Shown in pieces: positions 37,201 through 45,734 of a stretch of 64,000 nt of DNA. The notes below the pieces were generated by a model. That model did no database searches and had not been told where the DNA came from. It was given only the letters and a program-made list of their open reading frames with translations. Source of the DNA: a bacterium (GTDB lineage Bacteria > Bacillota_I > Bacilli_A > RFN20 > CAG-826); the NCBI GenBank assembly GCA_963651445.1, contig CAVJPU010000002.1, forward strand, positions 97,489 through 161,488. The letters are read 5' to 3'. How positions within the stretch are numbered: the first letter of the stretch is position 1; each line of letters opens with the position of its first letter. Position numbers and translations under genes: made by a program.

Positions 37201-38173
37201 AATGGGAACTACTGCTAAGTTTGGGACACATGGATATGTAACTGGTTCTCACGCTACATATTTTACAACTAATTCTGATTCATTACGTGGTTGGGTATTC
37301 AAGTATCCTACAGATTCGACCGCGTCAAATGGCAATGTTGCTTCTATTAATGCTGCTGGTGCAGCATGGTTTAATAGTTTTGTTAACTCGGCTTCAGGAT
37401 TCAAATTAAATGATATTAACGCTGTAGCATTAGAAAGTTTTGGCAACAATATTGCTGTAGGTAACACTACTAAACAATTGGTATTAAAATCTGCTGCGGC
37501 TGATACAGTTTTAGTTACAGAAGCAAGCGGTTCATCATACACAATGATAACTACTAAAAATCTTGTAACAGAATCTAACAAAACTTATGTTAGAAAAGAC
37601 GGCGATACTATGACCGGTCGTTTAACTAGTTCTGCGCCAATGGTAGCAAATATTAGTGAAACAGTCGCAGCACCATCAAATATCCCTACATCTACTAACT
37701 TTGGTTCATGGACTTCTAGTATTGTATCTTCAAGCATTTATAACTTACTTCCTGGTTACGTTGTAGGTGTTGCAGAAATTAATGCAGAAACAGGTTTGCC
37801 TACAGGATACATCGATCACTACGATGAATTTAAAGGCCCTGGTACATTAACCCAAACTGGTTGCTCGGCTACTGACGGAACAGGTACATATCAAATTTGG
37901 GCTCCACGCCCAACCGCAGCAAATTCATCTGTTGCCGGACATATGGCCCAAACATTCTGGACTCGCCAATGGAATCCTAGCACATCTAAATGGGATGGAT
38001 GGGGTCGTATGTACACATCAAACAATCCGCCAACCGCTAGAGATATTGGTGCAATGTCTGATAACGGATCAGTATTTTCTTCTCTTAGAATTCGTGACTG
38101 GATTCAAGTAGGACCATTGAGAATTTATGCTGACACGGTTAACAAAACTGTACGATTTGACTGGGTAGAATAA
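34271..38173 (+). CDS. 34: Long tail fibre proximal subunit gp34
   Basis: 1300 aa (T4 1289), first gene of the 34-37 cluster. Contains repeated fibre motifs (G.A.IATQAE...GTDD..IITP.KL). Confidence 0.9.
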   Translation: MSEIKTSFRASYGLDAAGEKVINMAMANKAVLTDGVNVGYLIQENTTQIYDPTRGYAEGFIVMYNDRLWISRSVVPSPSGTFNEGYWRPVRTDPKWYPVDAGAAQLKVGDYITVDTAQGNAVTLTLPSNAQEGDNIIVKDIGGQTGYVDVIVKAGLQSIFDKGNRLTQAQMTIPYSEWVFVYVNKLWNLYNGSEADLGRYIKGGATAQIQAGETIVRQYDQQKPITLTFPKNANNGDIIHFVGMDAVTTPYYNLVLNSFDNNTSIMTQGQHTKTIQRSLSGYFLYNSTIATWVLYDSDVTDRLRTVNSDSLLFPNETVSVVGTDNTTVSTIKLTLPQNVEPGDQITIALNYMRLNQTVNIVPSGTDKILTDKNLLQFPKRSSYPPSSSWVTSTQLTFNGTSDYPPIITFAYVDMGSIKQWMVVHNAPMLERVDPTSDATRARLGVAALATQTQANLNWENIDAPSKEAVITAETLANKTATETRRGIARISTKAENQLTSDNAAYLDDVFVTPKKLDQKQATEVMRGLAEIATQAETNSNTDDSRIITSLKLDARRATPTLAGVAPVVTSGGVAPVPDGVNNPRDLAGTYIYNFADYSNIVTPKTLREFKSTVNGLGVVYLATSAETIAGTDAGALYPLAVTPAALHTKTATEDRIGFTEIATQAETNAGTDDFRFITPKKLSGRASSETLTGLARYATQTEFDAGTASLISEPAKIKTFFSRVARTTVTAAAGLTQTGNLWDGITFNILDATTTQRGTTTLATQAEVDAGTVTTKIVTPATLQAKKATTTAEGIIAVATNAEVVAGTVTNKAVVPSSLINAIQVDTTWQGTTTLRGTLRTSSGTITFVGNDTSGSTQDLSLYTQVGYAVSPYELNRVLANYLPLKAKAVDSDLLDGLDSLQFIRRDIAQTVNGALTLTQPTIATTITASGNIASSTYITGTSGIAITSTAGDGRGISLFGAAYDQSGIGLPTYGMAMGTTAKFGTHGYVTGSHATYFTTNSDSLRGWVFKYPTDSTASNGNVASINAAGAAWFNSFVNSASGFKLNDINAVALESFGNNIAVGNTTKQLVLKSAAADTVLVTEASGSSYTMITTKNLVTESNKTYVRKDGDTMTGRLTSSAPMVANISETVAAPSNIPTSTNFGSWTSSIVSSSIYNLLPGYVVGVAEINAETGLPTGYIDHYDEFKGPGTLTQTGCSATDGTGTYQIWAPRPTAANSSVAGHMAQTFWTRQWNPSTSKWDGWGRMYTSNNPPTARDIGAMSDNGSVFSSLRIRDWIQVGPLRIYADTVNKTVRFDWVE

Positions 38174-38182
38174 GGAGTTACA

Positions 38183-39316
38183 ATGTCAACCGAAACATTT
38201 ATGGCTGGATTTAAACAGACGACTATTGAAGCTGATGTTTATTCCGAAGCTGATTCGGTTTCGTGGAAATATGAACTCGCTGGCGGTACATTGTACTCAC
38301 CAGCCGGGTACTTTAAACGAAACGGAGTTGCAGTAGGAAATCCTGCAAATAATGCGATAAATGTACGAAGTTTAGCTAGTATTGGTGCAACACCTGTAAT
38401 AACTTCGTATGTTTTATCATCAGACAATTCTTCGTCAATTAACACAGGATTCGTTAATGCTATGAATGCCCAAACGAATAAGTTAATTGTTTTATACACA
38501 ACAAACGGTATCAAATCATCCCAGGTTGTAGATGATTGGTTCGCTGCCGCCGGATCGGTAAATTGGCCAGGCGCATTTATGTGTAACAATTATTCTTGCG
38601 GATACGTGGGCTTTTATATGCCATCTAGAAAGAAAATTATTGCAGAAGCTGCAATTTTTTCCGATGGAAACGAACTTGGTACAGCTAATTACGTAGCAAT
38701 AGCGGACGAAGTTAATGATATTGGTGTTCTTGGGTTCCCAAAAAGAGTTGTTTATGATCTTACGGAATATTCTACAACTACAGGATATGAATACAAACGA
38801 TACTTATCTGATTCTGCTATATTAAAAACGGCTGATTACGGATTAACCGATGGCGCAACAGTCATGCTTGCCGGTGACTTGCTTCAATCGCAAAGTATGC
38901 TTGATGCCAGCATGAAAACAAGAATTAACCTTAGATGGTATTCCGGGACTACTCTTCTTGATGCTACAACAGTTCTAGAAGTAACAGGTACATCATACAA
39001 AAATGCTATCGGGTATTCTACAATGCCTGCCAACACAGACGGATTCACAATTGTGGTTTCAAGATATCCTAGAAATGACGCCATAACTGGTCTTTCTTCA
39101 GTTAAAAATGTTGTTTTTACCGAAGTTTCTAGAAATCCTAATAAAGCGAATTCTAGGGCTATTATTGGCGTAAATGGTATTAAATCTGGTGGCTTCATTG
39201 AAAGTCAAACTGATAATCACTTAATGGAATTAAAAATTAATTCTACTTCTGCTACAAATATTGTAAATATTGTAGGTATAACAGAAGGCGATTCCGGTAC
39301 ACCACCTAAAACATAA
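38183..39316 (+). CDS. 35: Long tail fibre hinge connector gp35
   Basis: 377 aa (T4 372); position. Confidence 0.8.
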   Translation: MSTETFMAGFKQTTIEADVYSEADSVSWKYELAGGTLYSPAGYFKRNGVAVGNPANNAINVRSLASIGATPVITSYVLSSDNSSSINTGFVNAMNAQTNKLIVLYTTNGIKSSQVVDDWFAAAGSVNWPGAFMCNNYSCGYVGFYMPSRKKIIAEAAIFSDGNELGTANYVAIADEVNDIGVLGFPKRVVYDLTEYSTTTGYEYKRYLSDSAILKTADYGLTDGATVMLAGDLLQSQSMLDASMKTRINLRWYSGTTLLDATTVLEVTGTSYKNAIGYSTMPANTDGFTIVVSRYPRNDAITGLSSVKNVVFTEVSRNPNKANSRAIIGVNGIKSGGFIESQTDNHLMELKINSTSATNIVNIVGITEGDSGTPPKT

Positions 39317-39321
39317 TAATT

Positions 39322-39345
39322 GGGCTCATTCGAGCCCTTTTGTTG
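39322..39345 (+). terminator. Terminator GGGCTC-attc-GAGCCC-TTTT after gene 35
   Basis: 6-bp GC stem plus T-run. Confidence 0.65.
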
Positions 39346-39353
39346 TATAAATA
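39346..39353 (+). promoter_or_regulatory. Late promoter TATAAATA for genes 36-37
   Basis: Exact motif 25 nt before the gene 36 ATG. T4 also has a separate late promoter before 36. Confidence 0.75.
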
Positions 39354-39377
39354 ATTTTAATAATTGGAGTTTTAATC

Positions 39378-40043
39378 ATGGCAGACTTAAAAGCCGGCAC
39401 AACAATAGGTGGTACACTTGTATGGACCCAAGGTAATTTCCCGTTATATCCTACCGGAAATACCCTTTTATATAAAACATTTAAAGTATATTCTGAAAAC
39501 GATAAGCCACAAGCAACGGACAACGACTTCGTTTCTAAAGCAAGCGGTGGAACATATAATGGCAATGTTATTTTCAATAAAGGCATTAATTTAATATCGT
39601 ATGCCGGAACATCTTCTGTTGCCGGCGGTGGTATAGCTACAGGTAACGGAGATAGTGCGACGTTATCGACAGCAAATATTGATATTACATCTTGGTATGG
39701 CGTAGGGTTTTATTGCACAAATACAAATACAAGAACAGTTGTTATTAATACAAGAACCGGTGACATCCAAAATACAGGTTCGATAACAGTTGCAAGTAAT
39801 GTTTTAGTTGGATTGACGCCAACGCAGCCATCACATGCGACTCGTAAAGATTATGTTGATGGCGCAGTAACATCTGCTAACTCTAATGCAAATACACGTG
39901 TTCTTAGAGCCGGCGATACTATGACCGGTAATTTAACTGCACCAAACTTTATTTCTTCTAATTTAGCCACAAGTTCTACGCAAGTTCCTCAATTGGGTCA
40001 AGTAGTTCAACGCGGTGTTATTTTAGATTATGGCACTTATTAA
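39378..40043 (+). CDS. 36: Long tail fibre distal connector gp36
   Basis: 221 aa (same as T4 gp36). MADLKAGTTIGGTLVWTQGNFPL start is typical of fibre subunits. Confidence 0.85.
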   Translation: MADLKAGTTIGGTLVWTQGNFPLYPTGNTLLYKTFKVYSENDKPQATDNDFVSKASGGTYNGNVIFNKGINLISYAGTSSVAGGGIATGNGDSATLSTANIDITSWYGVGFYCTNTNTRTVVINTRTGDIQNTGSITVASNVLVGLTPTQPSHATRKDYVDGAVTSANSNANTRVLRAGDTMTGNLTAPNFISSNLATSSTQVPQLGQVVQRGVILDYGTY

Positions 40044-40052
40044 GGAAAGATC

Positions 40053-43000
40053 ATGGCTATAGATGCTAATATCAACAGAATAAAATTTTTAAGATCGGGT
40101 ACGGCCGGTGCTAAGCCAACTACATCCCTTATTACTGCCGGCGAAATCGCTATCAACTACACCGATAGAACGATTTATACAACTGATGGTACTAATATTA
40201 TTGACTTAGGTTTTGGACTTGGCGGAACAGTAAATGGCAACATTATTACTAACGGATCTCTAAGCACAACTGGTAATATTTTATCGACAGGTACAACTGC
40301 CGCTACCGGGGGTTTAGGTGTTAATCATAATGCTGGCGCAGGCGTAGGCTTATCACTTTACGGTGGATATATTACACAAGTAGGTATCCCATCTTATGGT
40401 ATGGCATTTGCGTTAACTAGTACTTTTGGTAATCATGGCGATGTATCCGGCGATTATGCAACATACTTTACAACTACAAGTGGATCTAAGCGTGGATGGA
40501 TTTTCAAATATCTTAACGGTAGCGCTACCGCTACCAACGTTGCATCAATTTCTGCCGACGGCGTAGCAACATTTGCACGAGTAGTAGGACCATTAACCGG
40601 TAATGCGGATACAACAACTCGTTTACAGACTGCTCGTACAATCAATACAGTTTCATTCGATGGTACCAGTAATATTTCTACACCTGCTACACAAGATGTA
40701 CTATCAAGTGATTTACGTGTTTTAAAACCTAACAATGTAACAAACAAAGCATTAGGTGTATATTTTACAACTTCTGGTGGATTAGTTTCAACTGCTAACA
40801 CAACATACGGTGACTTCCTTTCGTTAAATACCTACGGTGATGCAACAGGCGGTCGTGTTAATGGGTTGTTCTTTAACAAAGGATCAATGAGTATCCAGCA
40901 TTACTTGGCAGATTTCGGTGCTAGTACGTGGGGAACTCCTAAAACTATTGCATATATTGATTCTGACAGTACTGGTAACTCTGCAACTGCAACTAAACTT
41001 CAAACTGCAAGAACTATCAATAACGTTGCATTTGATGGTACAGCTAATATTAGCGTAAACGCTAATTATTCTGAAGTTATACCTGCTAGTGCGGATTTGA
41101 ATAACTACAGAACTCCTGGTTTATATTATTGCCCTAGTGATGCGGACGCAAAAACTCAGTCAAATTTACCGTATGCGAGTGCATACTCTTTGTTTATCGA
41201 ACGAAGCGCAGGTTGGAAACAAACATTCACTGCTTACGATTCTAATCGTACATGGATCCGAAGATTTTATAATACCGCTTGGACCGCTTGGCGAGAATTA
41301 GCATTCTTAAATCCTAGTGATCAGACATTTACCGAAAATATTAATTTGGCAAAAACCAGCGGTGTTGCACAGGTAGTTGTCCAAACGGCAGATGCATCAA
41401 CAGCTCAATTAACTCTAGGAAATTCTGCTAGAACAATTGCATTAGCCGTTAATGCCACTAGTGGTGACTTGACTATTTGGGATGCAAAAAATTCAAAAAC
41501 TATTGTTAATTTTGCCACAGACGGTAATACTTCTACATTAAATCAATATTTGAATATTGTTACGCCTTTAGGTGTTAATAATGTTCAAGGAACTACTACA
41601 TTCTCTGTTACTGGTGGAGAAAGTTCTCCATTACGGTTTAAAATCAACAAAGCCGGCTCCATTACTACAAATTCACCAACATCTGGTACCGGTGCTATCA
41701 TGCATGCACTATCATTTAACTGGTATGCAACAGAATGGCAAATTGGTAATATTCGTGGTGGTTCTACTGATACTCAAGGCTTTGGTATTACTAAAGATGC
41801 TACAAATTTGGTTTGGAGACATGATGGAACTACACAATATAACTATGCCAATTACTACGGGACTGGCTATTTAATTACCACTGGTAATATCCAAGGTGCA
41901 AATTTAATCACAACTACCGGTATGATTTCTGCTCCAACAAGTACTGCTCACTACATTGATATCGGTAAAGACGGATCAGATAGAACTATTTTTGGCCAAT
42001 ATGGTGGTGTTTATAGATTTTATAACACAAGTTCTAATACGGATATAATGGTTATTAACCCATCTACGGTTAGTTTAGCTTCATCACAGTTCCAAACTAG
42101 ACAAGGTACATATACGGATACATTAGCTAATTTAGGAACTGGTTCAACCGCAGCTATTTTAGTACCAAGCATTGCAGCCCCACTAAATGCAACCGGGTAT
42201 GTCCCGTTCATTCACGGTTCTGTATCAACGGTTTCAAGTGGTTACGTGACACAAGTTTCAATTGGTGCATGGCGTGGATCTAATACTTGGTCGAGTTCCG
42301 GTGCGTATATTGCCATCGGTGGTAGTGATTCTCGTCCGGTAGAAGACTTTAGATTTATGTCTGGCGGATGGCTTGGTACATCAGGTGGTCAATTAAATAT
42401 CCTAGGAACATTGTATTCTCCAACATTTAGCGCAGGTTCAATGTCAGCATCTACGTTGACAACCACAAATGGTATTGCCGTTGGGACTACGTTGAGCGTG
42501 ACGGGTGTAACTTACCTGGCCGGCACATCAGTAAGCGGTACTTTAAGTGTTAATAATGCCGCAACATTCTCCTCGACTGTTAGTATTTCTGGAAGTTTGA
42601 CAATAACCAATGGCCAGTTGTTTACATCAAATCCGCAAATGCAGATATTGACCGGTTCTGGTTCGGCTAGAGGTTTGGCTGCAGGTGGTTTATTATCTTC
42701 AGATTCATATTCTGATTGGTCAAAAGTCCCAACAAATGGAATATATTCAAAGGGTGATATTACTAGCGCAACTTGGATGTACGCACAACGTTATATGATC
42801 AACGGTGAAGATGGGCTACAAATAAATGCTAGTGGGTATATGACACTTAGTAATACCAATAGAGCTCTCTCGTTGAGATGTAGTGATGCTAGTGCTGCCT
42901 TGTTGACTGATCCTAACGGGACTTATAATATTCTAAGCACTAAAAATGCCGTATCAACTTTAGATGCAACGTATCTAAGAAATTCCGGTAATAACACGTA

Positions 43001-43406
43001 CAACGGACAATTAACTGCTGTTAGCGGGTTTGTTACAACATATGGAATGTGGACTAGTTCACTTGCTGCTACAGGCTCTATTACTTGTCAATCATTGACC
43101 GCTAGTGGTGATGTAACCGCGTTTTCCGATAAACGCCTAAAAGAAAATATTAAAGCCATTGATAATCCTATTACTCGTTTAAATAAACTTAATGGTGTTA
43201 CATATACCCGTAATGATGTAGATGATAAAGAAACTAGACATGTGGGTCTAATTGCGCAAGATGTATTTGCCGCAATGCCTGAAGCAGTTAAAATAGCTGA
43301 TGATGAAATGAATACCATGAGTGTAAATTACCAAGGATTGGTAGGTTTACTTGTTGAGACTATTAAAGATCTTAATAATAGATTAGAAAAATTGGAGAAC
43401 AAATAA
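40053..43406 (+). CDS. 37: Long tail fibre distal subunit gp37 with C-terminal intramolecular chaperone (peptidase S74-like) domain
   Basis: 1117 aa. Shares a segment with gp34 (YGMA...FG.HG.V.G..ATYFTT.S...RGW.FKY). C-terminus SDKRLKENIKAI...GVTYTRND...HVGLIAQDV...VNYQGLVGLLVETIKDLNNRLEKLE is the auto-cleaving chaperone signature. Confidence 0.88.
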   Translation: MAIDANINRIKFLRSGTAGAKPTTSLITAGEIAINYTDRTIYTTDGTNIIDLGFGLGGTVNGNIITNGSLSTTGNILSTGTTAATGGLGVNHNAGAGVGLSLYGGYITQVGIPSYGMAFALTSTFGNHGDVSGDYATYFTTTSGSKRGWIFKYLNGSATATNVASISADGVATFARVVGPLTGNADTTTRLQTARTINTVSFDGTSNISTPATQDVLSSDLRVLKPNNVTNKALGVYFTTSGGLVSTANTTYGDFLSLNTYGDATGGRVNGLFFNKGSMSIQHYLADFGASTWGTPKTIAYIDSDSTGNSATATKLQTARTINNVAFDGTANISVNANYSEVIPASADLNNYRTPGLYYCPSDADAKTQSNLPYASAYSLFIERSAGWKQTFTAYDSNRTWIRRFYNTAWTAWRELAFLNPSDQTFTENINLAKTSGVAQVVVQTADASTAQLTLGNSARTIALAVNATSGDLTIWDAKNSKTIVNFATDGNTSTLNQYLNIVTPLGVNNVQGTTTFSVTGGESSPLRFKINKAGSITTNSPTSGTGAIMHALSFNWYATEWQIGNIRGGSTDTQGFGITKDATNLVWRHDGTTQYNYANYYGTGYLITTGNIQGANLITTTGMISAPTSTAHYIDIGKDGSDRTIFGQYGGVYRFYNTSSNTDIMVINPSTVSLASSQFQTRQGTYTDTLANLGTGSTAAILVPSIAAPLNATGYVPFIHGSVSTVSSGYVTQVSIGAWRGSNTWSSSGAYIAIGGSDSRPVEDFRFMSGGWLGTSGGQLNILGTLYSPTFSAGSMSASTLTTTNGIAVGTTLSVTGVTYLAGTSVSGTLSVNNAATFSSTVSISGSLTITNGQLFTSNPQMQILTGSGSARGLAAGGLLSSDSYSDWSKVPTNGIYSKGDITSATWMYAQRYMINGEDGLQINASGYMTLSNTNRALSLRCSDASAALLTDPNGTYNILSTKNAVSTLDATYLRNSGNNTYNGQLTAVSGFVTTYGMWTSSLAATGSITCQSLTASGDVTAFSDKRLKENIKAIDNPITRLNKLNGVTYTRNDVDDKETRHVGLIAQDVFAAMPEAVKIADDEMNTMSVNYQGLVGLLVETIKDLNNRLEKLENK

Positions 43407-43939
43407 TGACGCTTCCGTCAACTGGCATCCTGTCTATGGATATGATTAGACAGGAGATCCAAGAGCCAAATGCCACCAACATGACGCTAGAACACCCAAA
43501 AGTTCTAGCTATGGCAAATAAACAAGCAGGCCAAATGATAAGCTATTCTGATTTACGTGGCAAAAGTTATGCTTATGTATATTTCAGCTTCGTAAGTTAT
43601 GTCGCAAGTCAGCAAAACCAGCTAAGATTTAAGTTTTTGTGTAATATACCTAGTTTTTATTGGACTGTTCACGCAGTGGCTGCTGCCGATATGCCATTCT
43701 CTAGACAGCAAATAATATCCGGGGTTGAGCAAACATATAGCGCATCCACTATGATTACAACCGTTACACCTACTTGTACAGGTAATGCCGGTAATTTAAA
43801 TGAAAATTACTTGTATGACGGGTCAGGTGCTGGACGAAATTCTTGGTTTGACTATCTAATAAAAACGTATTCGGACTCAGCGCTAACCAACCTTGTAAAC
43901 ACGCAAACTATACGTATTTACAATAGACAAACACAATAA
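43406..43939 (+). CDS. Hypothetical protein in the gp38 position (not gp38-like by eye)
   Basis: 177 aa; start overlaps the gene 37 stop (TAATG). No glycine-rich adhesin motifs. Confidence 0.55.
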   Translation: MTLPSTGILSMDMIRQEIQEPNATNMTLEHPKVLAMANKQAGQMISYSDLRGKSYAYVYFSFVSYVASQQNQLRFKFLCNIPSFYWTVHAVAAADMPFSRQQIISGVEQTYSASTMITTVTPTCTGNAGNLNENYLYDGSGAGRNSWFDYLIKTYSDSALTNLVNTQTIRIYNRQTQ

Positions 43940-43943
43940 ATTA

Positions 43944-43968
43944 AAGGACACTTCGGTGTCCTTTCTTT
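43944..43968 (+). terminator. Terminator AAGGACAC-TTCG-GTGTCCTT-TCTTT
   Basis: 8-bp stem, UUCG loop, T-rich tail after the tail-fibre operon. Confidence 0.75.
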
Positions 43969-43969
43969 G

Positions 43970-43977
43970 TATAAATA
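43970..43977 (+). promoter_or_regulatory. Late promoter TATAAATA for holin t
   Basis: Exact motif 30 nt before the ATG at 44007. Confidence 0.7.
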
Positions 43978-44006
43978 CTGTTATTATATTAATAAATTGA
44001 CAACTC

Positions 44007-44696
44007 ATGACTACCGAAAAACCTAAATCCGATAGTCCAGAAAAAGAACAAAAGGCCTCATTACCTATATTTGACTTACTTTTTGGGCTCCTTGACAGAC
44101 TTTTCAAAGATAATGCCACAGGTAAGGTTTTGGCCTCACGTGTAATGGTGTTAATAGTACTATTCATAATGCTTATGATTTGGGTAAAAGGCGATGCAAT
44201 ATCCCAAGCATATAAAGAAGCATCATATGAAAATTACGCACAAGCACTTCAACTTGAACGAGATAAAAAATTCGATTCAACTATACAAGAACAACTTCAA
44301 TTCGTTCATATTGCATCAGGTGCAGATTTTTCTGCCGTATACGTTTTTAGACCTAAAAATTTAAACTATTTTGTTGATTTAGAAGTTTATGAAGGAAAGA
44401 TTCCTGATTCAGTAGATCCAAAAAATTTAGGTGGATATCCTATTGATAAAACATCAAATGAATACCAATCACATTTGGCTGGCCAATCATTTGATTCTAA
44501 TAGCGAGTTTGCGTATCTCCCAACAACGGATGATAATAAAAAAGTTTCGTATATGTACTCGTGTCCGTACTATAACTTAGATAACATCTATTCTGGAACC
44601 GTAACTATGTATTGGATCAATAAACCCCCTAAAGCCCGAAAACAACTTGATTCTATTTGCAACCAAGCTGCTCGGGCTATAGGACGTGCTAGATAA
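44007..44696 (+). CDS. t: Holin T (lysis inhibition-type holin)
   Basis: DLLFGLLDRLFKDNATGKVLASRVMVLIVLFIM and FSAVYVFRPKNLNYFVD, YMYSCPYYNLDNIYSGTVTMYW match remembered T4 gpT. Confidence 0.95.
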   Translation: MTTEKPKSDSPEKEQKASLPIFDLLFGLLDRLFKDNATGKVLASRVMVLIVLFIMLMIWVKGDAISQAYKEASYENYAQALQLERDKKFDSTIQEQLQFVHIASGADFSAVYVFRPKNLNYFVDLEVYEGKIPDSVDPKNLGGYPIDKTSNEYQSHLAGQSFDSNSEFAYLPTTDDNKKVSYMYSCPYYNLDNIYSGTVTMYWINKPPKARKQLDSICNQAARAIGRAR

Positions 44697-44999
44697 TTAA
44701 ACCAATCGTGGATTATTTAAAACCATTGTTAATTTACGATTGATTGGCTCATGGCCAACTAAAAATTCTTGGATGATTTCTTTCTTTTCGCGAGTGGTCA
44801 CATCAAGAGTTAAATCATTAAGTGACGCAAGCGTCACTTTTTTGTTATTAATAGTAATGCCAAGTTCGTTTAAGAACGCAATAAATAATGGACGGTTTTC
44901 TAAAATATCATCAGATCCGAATTTAATAAGAAGTGAGACCACTGCACAAATATCGCCTAGTGTATCTTTTAAGTTAGTGTTAGTCATAGTGTTCTCCAA
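44697..44999 (-). CDS. asiA: Anti-sigma70 factor AsiA
   Basis: VVSLLIKFGSDDILENRPLFIAFLNELGIT matches T4 AsiA VASILIKFSREDIVENRANFIAFLNEIGVT. Confidence 0.88.
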   Translation of the reverse strand: MENTMTNTNLKDTLGDICAVVSLLIKFGSDDILENRPLFIAFLNELGITINNKKVTLASLNDLTLDVTTREKKEIIQEFLVGHEPINRKLTMVLNNPRLV

Positions 45000-45695
45000 T
45001 TAACCTTTATAATATTCAGAAATAATGTCAACAATTAATTTAACATTATCGGTAGTTCTCGGCATATCGAAATATGTCTGAGAAGGGCCTTCCCGGTATT
45101 TCATTCCTATATTAACCAAGCTATCCAACAAGTCTTTAGATGGTTTTCGAATTACAAGTCGAATTTCCATTGCGTTTTTAATTTCAATAGTTTTTATACC
45201 ATTGAACCGTTTTGTAAATGCAATAATATAATTGCTTCGATCTTCGGTAACATTTTTAATTTCAATATTATATTCTTGTAGACATTCTAGTGTATAATCT
45301 TTAACACTATCCATTTCTGAAGAAATATCACGTTTCTTTGCGCCTTTATAATTAGTTTTAAATAACTCTTCGTTATCTTCAACATAAAATTTGACTGCTG
45401 TGTCTACAATGTCTAATCCTAAAATCGATATACAATATTTGTCATATGATTCATCTATCAATGATAGTTCAAACATAGTATTATATGCATTTGGTCTTTC
45501 GTTCGGGATTTCCAAAAATCCAAGTTTATACAGCCGTTCTAATTCTGTGATAACATCGGTATTAGCTTTTACAAAAACATCAGAACTTTCTTCCGTACAA
45601 AGGCCTAAAGCCACAAATGCTTTAGCATAGTAAAATAATTTATTCATCATTAGTTCCAATATTTCAATAAAAGCATTATATACCAAGTTATCCAA
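45000..45695 (-). CDS. motA: Middle-transcription activator MotA
   Basis: C-terminal half (RSNYIIAFTKRFNGIKTIEIKN...) resembles the T4 MotA DNA-binding domain. Position between asiA and 52. The true start may be ATG 45650. Confidence 0.75.
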   Translation of the reverse strand: MDNLVYNAFIEILELMMNKLFYYAKAFVALGLCTEESSDVFVKANTDVITELERLYKLGFLEIPNERPNAYNTMFELSLIDESYDKYCISILGLDIVDTAVKFYVEDNEELFKTNYKGAKKRDISSEMDSVKDYTLECLQEYNIEIKNVTEDRSNYIIAFTKRFNGIKTIEIKNAMEIRLVIRKPSKDLLDSLVNIGMKYREGPSQTYFDMPRTTDNVKLIVDIISEYYKG

Positions 45696-45734
45696 AAATA
45701 AACAGTATCAACCGTCTAATAGATTTTTAAATGA

